A stretch of 32,000 nucleotides of DNA from positions 240,001 through 272,000 of the forward strand of contig NZ_AP014945.1 in the NCBI RefSeq assembly GCF_001548275.1, in the 5' to 3' direction. This document shows positions 1 to 7,353 of the stretch, one piece after another; position 1 is the first letter of the stretch, and the number at the start of each line of letters is the position of its first letter. Under the pieces are notes generated by a model, which had not been told where the DNA came from, searched no databases, and saw only the letters and a program-made list of their open reading frames with translations. The DNA is from Caldimicrobium thiodismutans (GTDB taxonomy: Bacteria > Desulfobacterota > Thermodesulfobacteria > Thermodesulfobacteriales > Thermodesulfobacteriaceae). The translations under genes and the position numbers were made by a program.

Positions 1-146
1 TCATTATGGGTAAATCTAAGAAAGGATTAGCCGAAGAGGCCCCTGAGGCATATAAAGATGTATCCTTAGTAATAGAGGCAACCTGTAAGGCAGGGCTTAC
101 CAAGAGAGTGGCTAAACTTTTACCTATGGGCTGTATTAAAGGTTAA
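1..146 (+). CDS. rtcB: 3' end of RNA ligase RtcB (partial; start lies outside the window)
   Basis: Frame 3 reads ..MGKSKKGLAEEAPEAYKDVSLVIEATCKAGLTKRVAKLLPMGCIKG* with TAA at 144-146. The tail pattern EEAP.AYK.V..V......AG(I/L)...VA.L.P.G..KG is the characteristic RtcB C-terminus as I recall it from archaeal RtcB. Confidence 0.65.
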   Translation, partial: IMGKSKKGLAEEAPEAYKDVSLVIEATCKAGLTKRVAKLLPMGCIKG

Positions 147-169
147 AAATACATCAAGGAGGTGGAGGT

Positions 170-535
170 ATGAAAGGACTGGTTTTAAAGCTAAGTGGAG
201 TAGTTGCTGCATCTGCCCTTTTATTTGCCTGTAGTTGTCAGACACCCCCTCAAATAGCGGAAAAAGCTCAGGCTGCACCTCAGGCCACTGAACCTGAATG
301 CTGTAAGAAACTTGAAAATGAGCTTAATGCCTTAAAACTTCAGGTTGAGAGCTTAAAGTCTCAGCTTGAGAATGTAAAGGTGCAGGCCAGTGAGGCTCAA
401 GCAGCTTCTCAAAAGGCTATAGAGGCAGCTAATAAAGCGCAGGAGGCAGCTAATAAAGCGCAGGAGGCAGCTCAAAAGGCTGAAACTGCTGCATCAAAGG
501 CTGAAAGAATCTTTGAAAAGGGACTTAAGAAGTAA
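170..535 (+). CDS. Lpp-like alanine-zipper coiled-coil lipoprotein
   Basis: Strong SD (GGAGGTGGAGGT) precedes the ATG at 170. There is a signal peptide with lipobox LFA|C. The mature part is an A/Q/E/K heptad-like coiled coil ending in ..GLKK. It is coupled to the next gene through a TAATG overlap. Confidence 0.75.
   Translation: MKGLVLKLSGVVAASALLFACSCQTPPQIAEKAQAAPQATEPECCKKLENELNALKLQVESLKSQLENVKVQASEAQAASQKAIEAANKAQEAANKAQEAAQKAETAASKAERIFEKGLKK
422..472 (+). repeat. Perfect 21-bp in-frame tandem duplication (about 2.4 copies) inside the lipoprotein gene
   Basis: GCAGCTAATAAAGCGCAGGAG occurs at 425-445 and again at 446-466, with partial flanks. It encodes AANKAQE AANKAQE. Confidence 0.9.
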
Positions 536-1125
536 TGCCCAAACCCTTTAAAAAACTGGGAGATCTTTTTGGCATCTCCCCTTCTAAGAATCTTTTGAAG
601 GATGAGCCTCCTCCTTTCAAGGTAAAGTCTTGGGAGGAGGTTCTCTCTATGGTTAAACCCTTTCGGGAAAAAAATTTCTACTATTCTATTTCTCCTAAGG
701 AGCCCTTTAAAATTCGGGAGAAAGAATGGCCCCCTCACAAAATTGAGATAAAACTTCCCCTTACCTCTGAATACATGGAAGGAAAACGCAAAAGTGTTAA
801 CCCTGAGACCTTGTGGAAACTAAAGGAGGGTTATTTTTCCATTCAGGCCACCCTTAATCTTAGAGGTCTTTTCCTGGAAGAAGCACGCCTTCTTTTTGAG
901 GATTTTATGGAAAATGCCCTCAAAAAGGGATTAAGTTGTGTTCTCATCATTCACGGAAGAGGTCTTTCCTCGAGGGGAGAACCTGTTTTAAAGAAAAAGG
1001 TAAGAGAGTGGCTGGAGAGAGGGCCCTTTCGGAAATTTGTCCTGGCTTATGCCTCAGCCAGACCCTGTGATGGAGGTCTTGGGGCAACTTATGTGCTTTT
1101 GAGCTCCCGACCTCTCAAAAGATAA
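535..1125 (+). CDS. Smr-domain protein (SmrB/MutS2-C-like nuclease domain)
   Basis: The C-terminal region reads LNLRGLFLEEARLLFEDFMENALKKGLSCVLIIHGRGLSSRGEPVLKKKVREWL...GGLGATYVLL. This matches the Smr fold motifs (L(D)LRG and HG.G). Confidence 0.85.
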   Translation: MPKPFKKLGDLFGISPSKNLLKDEPPPFKVKSWEEVLSMVKPFREKNFYYSISPKEPFKIREKEWPPHKIEIKLPLTSEYMEGKRKSVNPETLWKLKEGYFSIQATLNLRGLFLEEARLLFEDFMENALKKGLSCVLIIHGRGLSSRGEPVLKKKVREWLERGPFRKFVLAYASARPCDGGLGATYVLLSSRPLKR

Positions 1126-2283
1126 ATGTTCCTCCACTCTCCAAGAAAATTACTTCTTCTCCATGGAAAACCTCGTTCAGGTAAAACTACACTTCTTGAA
1201 TACCTTTTTCAGTGGATCCTTAGCCTTAATCTTCCCTATTACTTTACCGGCTTTATAACCAGAGAGGTCAAAGAAGCAGGAGAAAGAATAGGGTTTAATT
1301 TGGTTTATCTTAGAGATCCTGATCTCACCCTTCCTTTAGCCCAACTTAGATCTTTAACCCCTTCTAAAAAATATCCTGTCCTGGGAAAATATTCGGTTTT
1401 TCCTCAAAATCTGGATAAAATTCTTGAGATCATTCAGAATGACCTTACTGAGGCTAACCGTCCACCCCTTCTTTTCATTGATGAGATTGGAAAGATGGAG
1501 GTTATGTCAGAAAAATTCATCCAATTTTTAGAACACCTGAGAGAGGAAGTGATTGTAGTTGCTACTTTGGGAACGGGAGAGCATCCCTTGCTTAAAGCCT
1601 GGAGAGAAATAAAATCAGCCCTTTATTGCGAGGTAACTCCTGAAAACAGAGATTTCTTACAGGAGCGTTTAAAGGTTGAATTTCAGAGGAAGGGAAAACT
1701 CTTTGTGCTTGAAGGGATTGATGGAGTAGGAAAAAGCACAATTTTTCAGATGCTAAAGGAAGATCTAAGCTTCTCAGATCTTATTTTTTCTTTTGAACCA
1801 ACCACAGGACCATATGGACAGAAGCTAAGAAGACTTCTTTCTGAAAAAAAAGCAGATCCCCGGGAATTATTAAATTTATTTATTTCAGATAGAAAAGAGC
1901 ATGTGGAAAAACTTATCCTTCCTGCTTTGAAAAAGGGAAAACCTATTCTTCTTGATCGCTACTACCTTTCAACAGTTGCTTATCAGGGAGTGGAATTTTC
2001 AAATCTTTTAGAACTTCTTAGAACCAATGAGACCTTTGCCCCTCTTCCTGATCTTGTTATCTATCTTGATCTTTCTGTTGAGCAGGCTTTACAGAGAGTA
2101 ATCTCAAGGAATCAAGGAAAAAGTCTCTTTGAAAGAGAAGAATTTTTAAGATCAGTCTCCCATAATTATGAAGAGATTTTACCTCTTTTCAGACATGTGC
2201 GTTTGCCTGCCTGGAAGACACTGGAAAGCCTTTATTCGGATATCAAGGAATTAATTCAGAGCTATCTTAGACCAGAAATTTAA
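1126..2283 (+). CDS. tmk: Fusion protein: THEP1-type NTPase (N-terminal) plus thymidylate kinase (C-terminal)
   Basis: The N-terminal half has GKPRSGKTTLLE, GFITREV, GFNLV, LGKYSV and FIDEIGKME (NTPase_1/THEP1 pattern). The C-terminal half has LEGIDGVGKST, EPT.GP.G..LR, DRY..S..AYQG and LVIYLDLS (dTMP kinase). It is one continuous 385-codon ORF. Confidence 0.8.
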   Translation: MFLHSPRKLLLLHGKPRSGKTTLLEYLFQWILSLNLPYYFTGFITREVKEAGERIGFNLVYLRDPDLTLPLAQLRSLTPSKKYPVLGKYSVFPQNLDKILEIIQNDLTEANRPPLLFIDEIGKMEVMSEKFIQFLEHLREEVIVVATLGTGEHPLLKAWREIKSALYCEVTPENRDFLQERLKVEFQRKGKLFVLEGIDGVGKSTIFQMLKEDLSFSDLIFSFEPTTGPYGQKLRRLLSEKKADPRELLNLFISDRKEHVEKLILPALKKGKPILLDRYYLSTVAYQGVEFSNLLELLRTNETFAPLPDLVIYLDLSVEQALQRVISRNQGKSLFEREEFLRSVSHNYEEILPLFRHVRLPAWKTLESLYSDIKELIQSYLRPEI

Positions 2284-3250
2284 AGGTGCCTTTGCCGAGG
2301 ATGTCATGAAGATGAAGGATACCTACCAAGAGCCCATCAAAGTTGACTACAGGAAGCACAGTTATTTGATGTTTTTCCATTAATTCTAAGGCCTCAGCGG
2401 CAAGTCTATTCTCTTCAATTCTTTTAGGGGTTCTGGTCATTACTTCTTCAATCTTGGTCTCTGGAAGCCCTTTATGCTTTGTAATAAGTCTTCTTAGGTC
2501 TCCGTCTGTAAGAATTCCAGTTAGATGACCCAGAGTATTTACTATAAGAACTGCCCCGAGTTTTTTTCTATCAAGTTCCTCAAGGGCCTCTTTGAGAAAG
2601 GTGCCTTCCTGAACAAGAGGAATTTTTTCTCCAGTAAGCATAATCTCCTTGACTTTTACTTTGAGTCTTTCCCCAAGGGTGCCTCCGGGATGATTTCTTT
2701 TAAAATCATCAGCCTGAAGGCCTCTTAACTCAAAGAGGACAATAGCTAAAGCATCTCCAAGGGCAAGCATAGCGGTTGTGCTGGTTGTGGGGGCAAGACC
2801 AAAAGGACAGGCCTCTCTGGGGACCTTAGTATTTAGAACCACATCCGAAAGCCCTGCAAGAACGCTTTTAGAGTTACCTGTCATAGATATAATTGGAACC
2901 TTTCTTGATTTTAGGATCTTGACCACTTCACAGACCTCAAGGGTATTACCAGAATAGGAGAGGGCAAGGAGAATATCTTCAGAGGTAACCATACCAAGGT
3001 CTCCATGAAGGGCTTCAACGGGATGCAAGAAAAAGGAGGGAGTGCCAGTTGAAGAAAGGGTGGCTGAGATTTTTTTGCCTATGAGTCCGCTTTTCCCAAC
3101 TCCTGTAACAACAACCCTTCCCTGACTTTGTAAAATGAAGTTAATTGCGCGATTAAAAGAAAGATCTAAATTTTTAATAAGGCTCTCTAAACCCTCTTTC
3201 TCAATTTCAATGACCTCAAGAGCCCGTTTAAGTATCTGAGAGTTTTCCAT
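2267..3250 (-). CDS. kdsD: Arabinose-5-phosphate isomerase (KpsF/KdsD; SIS domain plus CBS pair)
   Basis: SIS motif GRVVVTGVGKSGLIGKKISATLSSTGTPSFFLHP.EALHGDLG and a C-terminal tandem CBS pair. The 327-aa length is typical. Confidence 0.9.
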   Translation of the reverse strand: MENSQILKRALEVIEIEKEGLESLIKNLDLSFNRAINFILQSQGRVVVTGVGKSGLIGKKISATLSSTGTPSFFLHPVEALHGDLGMVTSEDILLALSYSGNTLEVCEVVKILKSRKVPIISMTGNSKSVLAGLSDVVLNTKVPREACPFGLAPTTSTTAMLALGDALAIVLFELRGLQADDFKRNHPGGTLGERLKVKVKEIMLTGEKIPLVQEGTFLKEALEELDRKKLGAVLIVNTLGHLTGILTDGDLRRLITKHKGLPETKIEEVMTRTPKRIEENRLAAEALELMEKHQITVLPVVNFDGLLVGILHLHDILGKGTFKFLV

Positions 3251-3636
3251 TAATGATAGATGATCCTGTCTTCTTCCAAAATCTTTTTGGCTTTTTTTAT
3301 CTCCTCAAGCTCGTCATCAAAAAATACTTCAGACATTATATTAAGAATTTTATTAACTGTTTCTGTTATAAGGGACTCTCGGGCTAATAATTCATCCATC
3401 TTCTGTTGAACCCAGTCAAGCTCCTTTACCGGAAGGTCTCTCCAGGAAAGATGTTTAAAAATGTTATAAAAGGCCCTGCGCCTTTTCATACGAAACTTAA
3501 GCTCATCGAGAAGGGCCTTGGGATCTCGCATCAATTCCTTAAAATCTTCCAGGAAAAAACGAATATCATCCTCTTGAAGCTCCCAAAAGCTTTTGATCCA
3601 ATCTTTGAGAGTGAGAATCATGTCTTTTTCCTGCAT
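3250..3636 (-). CDS. Hypothetical acidic, all-alpha 128-aa protein, translationally coupled to kdsD
   Basis: A GAGGGA SD lies 5 nt upstream of the ATG at 3636. Its TAA stop overlaps the kdsD ATG (TAATG at 3248-3252). I recognise no family motif. Confidence 0.5.
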   Translation of the reverse strand: MQEKDMILTLKDWIKSFWELQEDDIRFFLEDFKELMRDPKALLDELKFRMKRRRAFYNIFKHLSWRDLPVKELDWVQQKMDELLARESLITETVNKILNIMSEVFFDDELEEIKKAKKILEEDRIIYH

Positions 3637-3711
3637 CTTATTCCCTCGTTTTTTTTATACTCAGTTTAATCCAAGGAGGAAAAAAAGCAAGAATATGGTA
3701 AACTAAAAGAA

Positions 3712-4233
3712 ATGTTGGAAAAGGGATATATACAGGTCTACACTGGGGAGGGCAAAGGTAAGACTACCTGTGCTGTCGGGCTCTCCATCCGGGCCTTAGG
3801 AGCTGGTTTAAAAGTAGCTTTCTTTCAATTCTTCAAACCCCCTACTTCTTCAGAGGTAAAAATTCTTAAAAGATTTTTTCCAGAGCTTTATTATGCCTCC
3901 TTTCATACCCAGGGCTTTGTTAAAGGAAATGTAGATAATGCCTTGAAAGAAAAAATCTTAAAAGGATATGAACTTTTCAAACAACTTCTAAAAGATGGGG
4001 GATATGACCTTTTTGTATTGGATGAATTTGTTTATGCCCTAAACTGGAATATAATAGACTTACAGGAATTTCTGAAGGTTTTAGAGAGAAGGCCTCCCAA
4101 AATTGAGGTTGTTATTACTGGGAGATTTGCGCCTCAGCCTCTGATAGAAAAGGCTGATCTTGTTACCGAGATGAGACCACTTAAGCATTATTTAGATAAA
4201 GGAGTAAGAGCCCGGTGCGGAATAGAGTGGTAG
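3712..4233 (+). CDS. cobO: Cob(I)yrinic acid a,c-diamide / cob(I)alamin adenosyltransferase (CobO/BtuR type)
   Basis: N-terminus GYIQVYTGEGKGKTTCAVGLSIRALGAG, then LDEF.YAL, and a C-terminal ..KGV.AR.GIEW. The 173-aa length is typical. Confidence 0.88.
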   Translation: MLEKGYIQVYTGEGKGKTTCAVGLSIRALGAGLKVAFFQFFKPPTSSEVKILKRFFPELYYASFHTQGFVKGNVDNALKEKILKGYELFKQLLKDGGYDLFVLDEFVYALNWNIIDLQEFLKVLERRPPKIEVVITGRFAPQPLIEKADLVTEMRPLKHYLDKGVRARCGIEW

Positions 4234-5288
4234 AAAAGATTAAATCCAAGGTCCTTGATGGTCTTCCTCTTGAAAAGGAAGAGGCCTTATATTTATTCAG
4301 ACTTCCCCTTTACATCCTGGGAGAGATTGCCCGAACTATCCGTTTCAAAATAAACCCAACCAGGATAGTTACCTATGTGGTGGATAGAAATATAAATTAT
4401 ACTAATATTTGTATTTCTGGTTGTAAGTTTTGTGCCTACTATAGGGCCCCTAATTCTCCTGAGGGGTATGTGCTCTCCTTTGAAGAGATTGCTAAAAAGA
4501 TTGAGGAGACTCTTTCCCTGGGTGGCTATCAGATTCTTCTTCAGGGGGGGCTCCATCCGGAGCTTACTCTTGAGTATTTTGAAGAGCTCTTTTCTTTTTT
4601 AAAGAGCCGCTTTCCAGAGGTTCACCTGCATGCCCTTTCTCCACCCGAGGTTCTTTATCTGAGCAGACTATCTGGTTTAAGCATAGAGGAGGTTCTGAAA
4701 AGGCTTGTTCAAGCTGGTCTTGATTCAATTCCCGGGGGAGGTGCTGAAATCCTTGTAGATAGGGTTAGACAGGTTATTTCCCCCAACAAGGCAACTGCGG
4801 AAGAATGGCTAATGGTGATGGAGACTGCTCATAACTTAGGTCTTAAAACTACAGCTACCATGATGTTTGGCCATATTGAGACAGAAGAAGAGATTCTGGA
4901 GCATCTTTTTAAGTTAAGGAGCCTTCAGGATAGAACCAGTGGTTTTACAGCCTTTATCCCCTGGACCTTTCAGCCCAAAAATACCGCTCTTTCCTATATA
5001 AAAAAGGCTGGCTCAGCCAGGTATCTGCAGGTGCTTGCTATAAGCAGGATAATACTCCATAATTTTAAAAATATTCAGGTCTCCTGGGTTACGCAGGGCC
5101 CAAAGATTGCTCAGCTTGCCCTTGATTTTGGTGGAAATGACTTTGGAAGTACCATGATTGAGGAGAATGTAGTTGCCTCTGCTGGGGTCTCGCATCGTCT
5201 GAGTGAGAGGGATCTCAGGGCTTATATTGAATCCGCAGGCTATATTCCGAAGCGTCGTAAAATGGATTACACCCTTCTTGAGAATTAA
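4215..5288 (+). CDS. mqnC: Radical SAM menaquinone (futalosine pathway) enzyme of the MqnC/MqnE family; MqnC-like
   Basis: Motifs VTYVVDRNINYTNICISGCKFCAYYR (CxxxCxxC), ILLQGGLHP, GLDSIPGGGAEIL and TTATMMFGHIET. ILLQGG and ATMMFGH favour MqnC over MqnE from memory, but the call is not decisive. GTG start at 4215; GTG at 4227 is an alternative. Confidence 0.7.
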   Translation: MRNRVVEKIKSKVLDGLPLEKEEALYLFRLPLYILGEIARTIRFKINPTRIVTYVVDRNINYTNICISGCKFCAYYRAPNSPEGYVLSFEEIAKKIEETLSLGGYQILLQGGLHPELTLEYFEELFSFLKSRFPEVHLHALSPPEVLYLSRLSGLSIEEVLKRLVQAGLDSIPGGGAEILVDRVRQVISPNKATAEEWLMVMETAHNLGLKTTATMMFGHIETEEEILEHLFKLRSLQDRTSGFTAFIPWTFQPKNTALSYIKKAGSARYLQVLAISRIILHNFKNIQVSWVTQGPKIAQLALDFGGNDFGSTMIEENVVASAGVSHRLSERDLRAYIESAGYIPKRRKMDYTLLEN

Positions 5289-5294
5289 CTTAAA

Positions 5295-6521
5295 ATGGAA
5301 GAAATCTTTCTTGAGAACAGGCACCACCTTCTTATTCGGTCTAAGTATCTTTTACCCCTTCCGCAAAGCCCTCTTTATGACGGTGCTATTGAGATCAAAG
5401 ATTTAAAGATTCATAGAATTGGCCCTTACAGATCTCTTAAAAAGGAGGTCTCAAAGGCAAAGCTCATTGATCTTGAAGACTTGGTAGTTCTGCCAGTCCT
5501 TACTAATGCACATCTTCATCTTGAGCTATCCGCCCTTCGTTTTAGAATCCCTCCTTCAGGCAAATTTTTACTCTGGGTAAGACAGGTTATCAAAAAACGT
5601 GCTGACCTTACTCCTATTGAGATAAAAGAATCGGCAACTTTTGCTTTAAATGAACTTCTACGCGAGGGAATTGGGGTTATCGGAGAGGTTACCAATTCAG
5701 CTTTAACAGTTGAAATTCTCTCCAAATCACCGCTTTATGGATATATTTTTCAGGAAATTATTAATTTTAAAGGTAGTTCCCCTTTGAGTGAACTAAAGGA
5801 TTTTTCACCCCGGTTTAAGATTACCTATTCGGCGCACGCCCCTTATACAGTTTCTCCCCTTCTTCTTCAGGTTATAAAGTCCTATAATCGGAAGAGAAAA
5901 AGGCTTTTTGTAATTCATCTTGCAGAGTCCTCTGAGGAGATAGAATTCTTAAAGCAAGGAAAAGGTCCCATAGCTGAGCTTCTCAAAGAAAGGGGACAAT
6001 GGAACGAATCCTTTAAAGCTCCCGGGATTTCTCCAGTCAAATATCTTGAAAGTCTAAATGCCTTAGATGAAAATACCCTCATTGTTCATGGAATACACTT
6101 AGAAGATGAGGATCTGGAGATTTTGGCTAAAAGAGGGGTCAAGGTCTGTGTATGTCCAAGAAGTAATCTCTACACTGGAGCTGGATTTCCCAATCTTTCC
6201 AAAATGCTTGCTTATGGCCTTACCATTTGCTTAGGGACAGATTCCTTAGCAAGCAATGATAGGCTTTCTATCTTTGAGGAGATAAAAACTTTACATTCCT
6301 TTTATACTGAAATTCCTCCCTTAAAACTTCTTGAAATGGCAACTGTTAATGGCGCCAGAATTCTTGGTTTTGAAGAGAGAGGGTCCCTTAATTTTGGGGC
6401 TTGGGCTAATCTCCTTGCTGTTGCAACTTCTACCCCCTTATCTAACTCAATGGATAAGGCCTTAGAGGAGTTTCTTTCCTGTGAAAAGGAAGTAAAATAT
6501 CGTTTTTATGCTGGTCTTTAG
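5295..6521 (+). CDS. Metal-dependent amidohydrolase, aminodeoxyfutalosine-deaminase-like
   Basis: HxH (NAHLHLE), HLAES, VHGIHL and GTDSLASN form the amidohydrolase metal-ligand pattern. The gene sits between mqnC-like and mqnA. Confidence 0.65.
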   Translation: MEEIFLENRHHLLIRSKYLLPLPQSPLYDGAIEIKDLKIHRIGPYRSLKKEVSKAKLIDLEDLVVLPVLTNAHLHLELSALRFRIPPSGKFLLWVRQVIKKRADLTPIEIKESATFALNELLREGIGVIGEVTNSALTVEILSKSPLYGYIFQEIINFKGSSPLSELKDFSPRFKITYSAHAPYTVSPLLLQVIKSYNRKRKRLFVIHLAESSEEIEFLKQGKGPIAELLKERGQWNESFKAPGISPVKYLESLNALDENTLIVHGIHLEDEDLEILAKRGVKVCVCPRSNLYTGAGFPNLSKMLAYGLTICLGTDSLASNDRLSIFEEIKTLHSFYTEIPPLKLLEMATVNGARILGFEERGSLNFGAWANLLAVATSTPLSNSMDKALEEFLSCEKEVKYRFYAGL

Positions 6522-7353
6522 TTCAAATTCCCTTTTAAAAATAGGCCTTCCTCGATATCTTAATACCCTACCTCTTCTTCATTTTTTAAAGGTGGAAGGG
6601 GTAGCAGATCTTTATTTATTAACACCTTCGGAGATAAATTCTGCATTGCAGAATAAAGAGCTTCAGGCTGGTCTGGCCTCAAGTCTCTTTTATGCCAAAA
6701 ATTTCAAAGATTTTCTTATTTTGCCTGACCTTTCTATTAGCACCGTTGGTAAGGTTAGAAGCGTCATTCTCTATCACAAGGTCCCCCTTCCGGAACTTAA
6801 TCAATGCCCTCTTGGGATAACTCCAGAGACTGAGACCTCTTTTGGACTTTTACGCATAATTCTTGAGGAATTTTTCCACATAAAACCTGAGTATCTTATT
6901 CTGAAGAAAAAAATCATTCAAGGAGCTTTAAAGGAAGAACTTTTTAAACTCTCAGGTTATCTTGCTATTGGAGATGAGGCTTTGTTACTTGAAAGGGAAG
7001 AGGTTTTTCCCTTCAGCACAGATCTTGCAGAGATTTGGTTAAAAAAGACCCACCTCCCCTTTGTTTTTGCCCTTTTTATTGCCAGAAAGGATCTTTTGGA
7101 TACAGAAAGAGAAAAATTAAAAATATTTTTATCTGCCCTTTATTTAAGCCGTGCTAAAGGACTTTCTGCCCTTCAAGAAATTGTTGAGACCTCTCACCTA
7201 CCTTTAAACAAGGATTTTGCCTTGAAATATCTTCATCATTTAGAATTTGACTTTTCAGGGCTAAAGCAAAGGGCCTTTTTACATTTTTGTAAGCTTCTCT
7301 ACAAAAAGAGGATAATAAAAGAGGTTCCGAAGCTTTATTTTTTTGAGCTATGA
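6508..7353 (+). CDS. mqnA: Chorismate dehydratase MqnA (VitK2_biosynth family)
   Basis: The N-terminal IGLPRYLNTLPLLHFL matches the MqnA-type (I..YLN..P) signature. It has a periplasmic-binding-protein-like length of 281 aa and futalosine-pathway context. Confidence 0.75.
   Translation: MLVFSSNSLLKIGLPRYLNTLPLLHFLKVEGVADLYLLTPSEINSALQNKELQAGLASSLFYAKNFKDFLILPDLSISTVGKVRSVILYHKVPLPELNQCPLGITPETETSFGLLRIILEEFFHIKPEYLILKKKIIQGALKEELFKLSGYLAIGDEALLLEREEVFPFSTDLAEIWLKKTHLPFVFALFIARKDLLDTEREKLKIFLSALYLSRAKGLSALQEIVETSHLPLNKDFALKYLHHLEFDFSGLKQRAFLHFCKLLYKKRIIKEVPKLYFFEL

Noticed and set aside
422-472. Whether the short tandem repeats (21-bp at 422-472, 9-bp at 16091-16135) or the recurring intergenic modules represent a CRISPR array.
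   Set aside because: The tandem repeats are in frame inside genes and have no spacers. The intergenic modules are single copies kilobases apart. No cas genes are present.
472-738. Many ORF-track entries lie antisense to, or out of frame within, strongly supported genes. Examples: 472-738(-), 2525-2728(+), 3406-3669(+), 4293-4556(-), 5013-5327(-), 5203-5406(+), 5516-5725(-), 8158-8450(+), 8871-9416(+), 10549-10836(+), 10943-11143(+), 15678-15860(-), 16652-16879(-), 19840-20109(+), 20285-20476(-), 21718-22392 (three ORFs), 23027-23248(+), 25425-25622(+), 25728-26012(-), 26523-26770 (two ORFs), 29985-30505 (two ORFs) and 31725-31994(-).
   Set aside because: Each is fully embedded in a longer ORF with clear family motifs and a good SD. 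Their translations are low-complexity or Phe/Leu/Ser/Lys-rich, which is typical of shadow frames in AT-rich DNA. None has a ribosome-binding site.
1113-1125. A 13-nt near-copy of the box (TCTCAAAAGATAA) at the end of the Smr gene.
   Set aside because: It lies in coding sequence (..RPLKR*). It lacks the leading G and the conserved flank. No -35/-10 follows at the 18-nt offset; the next gene starts 1 nt later. It is probably chance or part of the local 8-bp inverted repeat.
1690-1712. An internal GTG preceded by AGGAAGGGA, which could give an independent Tmk start instead of a fusion.
   Set aside because: Starting there would delete the first beta-strand (KLFV) that precedes the P-loop LEGIDGVGKS. 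The reading frame is continuous from the NTPase domain with no stop.
3672-3706. An AAGGAGG site followed by a 3-codon mini-ORF (ATG GTA AAC TAA, 3695-3706) upstream of cobO, considered as a possible leader peptide.
   Set aside because: The SD-to-ATG spacing is too long at 16 nt. The ORF is only 3 codons. No associated alternative RNA structure is visible.
5275-5317. Two copies of TTCTTGAGAA (5275-5284 and 5308-5317) that resemble the TTCTTGTAAGAA palindrome of module 2.
   Set aside because: Both are in coding sequence, encoding ..LLEN* and ..FLEN.. They are only 10 nt long and have no flanking similarity to module 2. This is compatible with codon and amino-acid coincidence.
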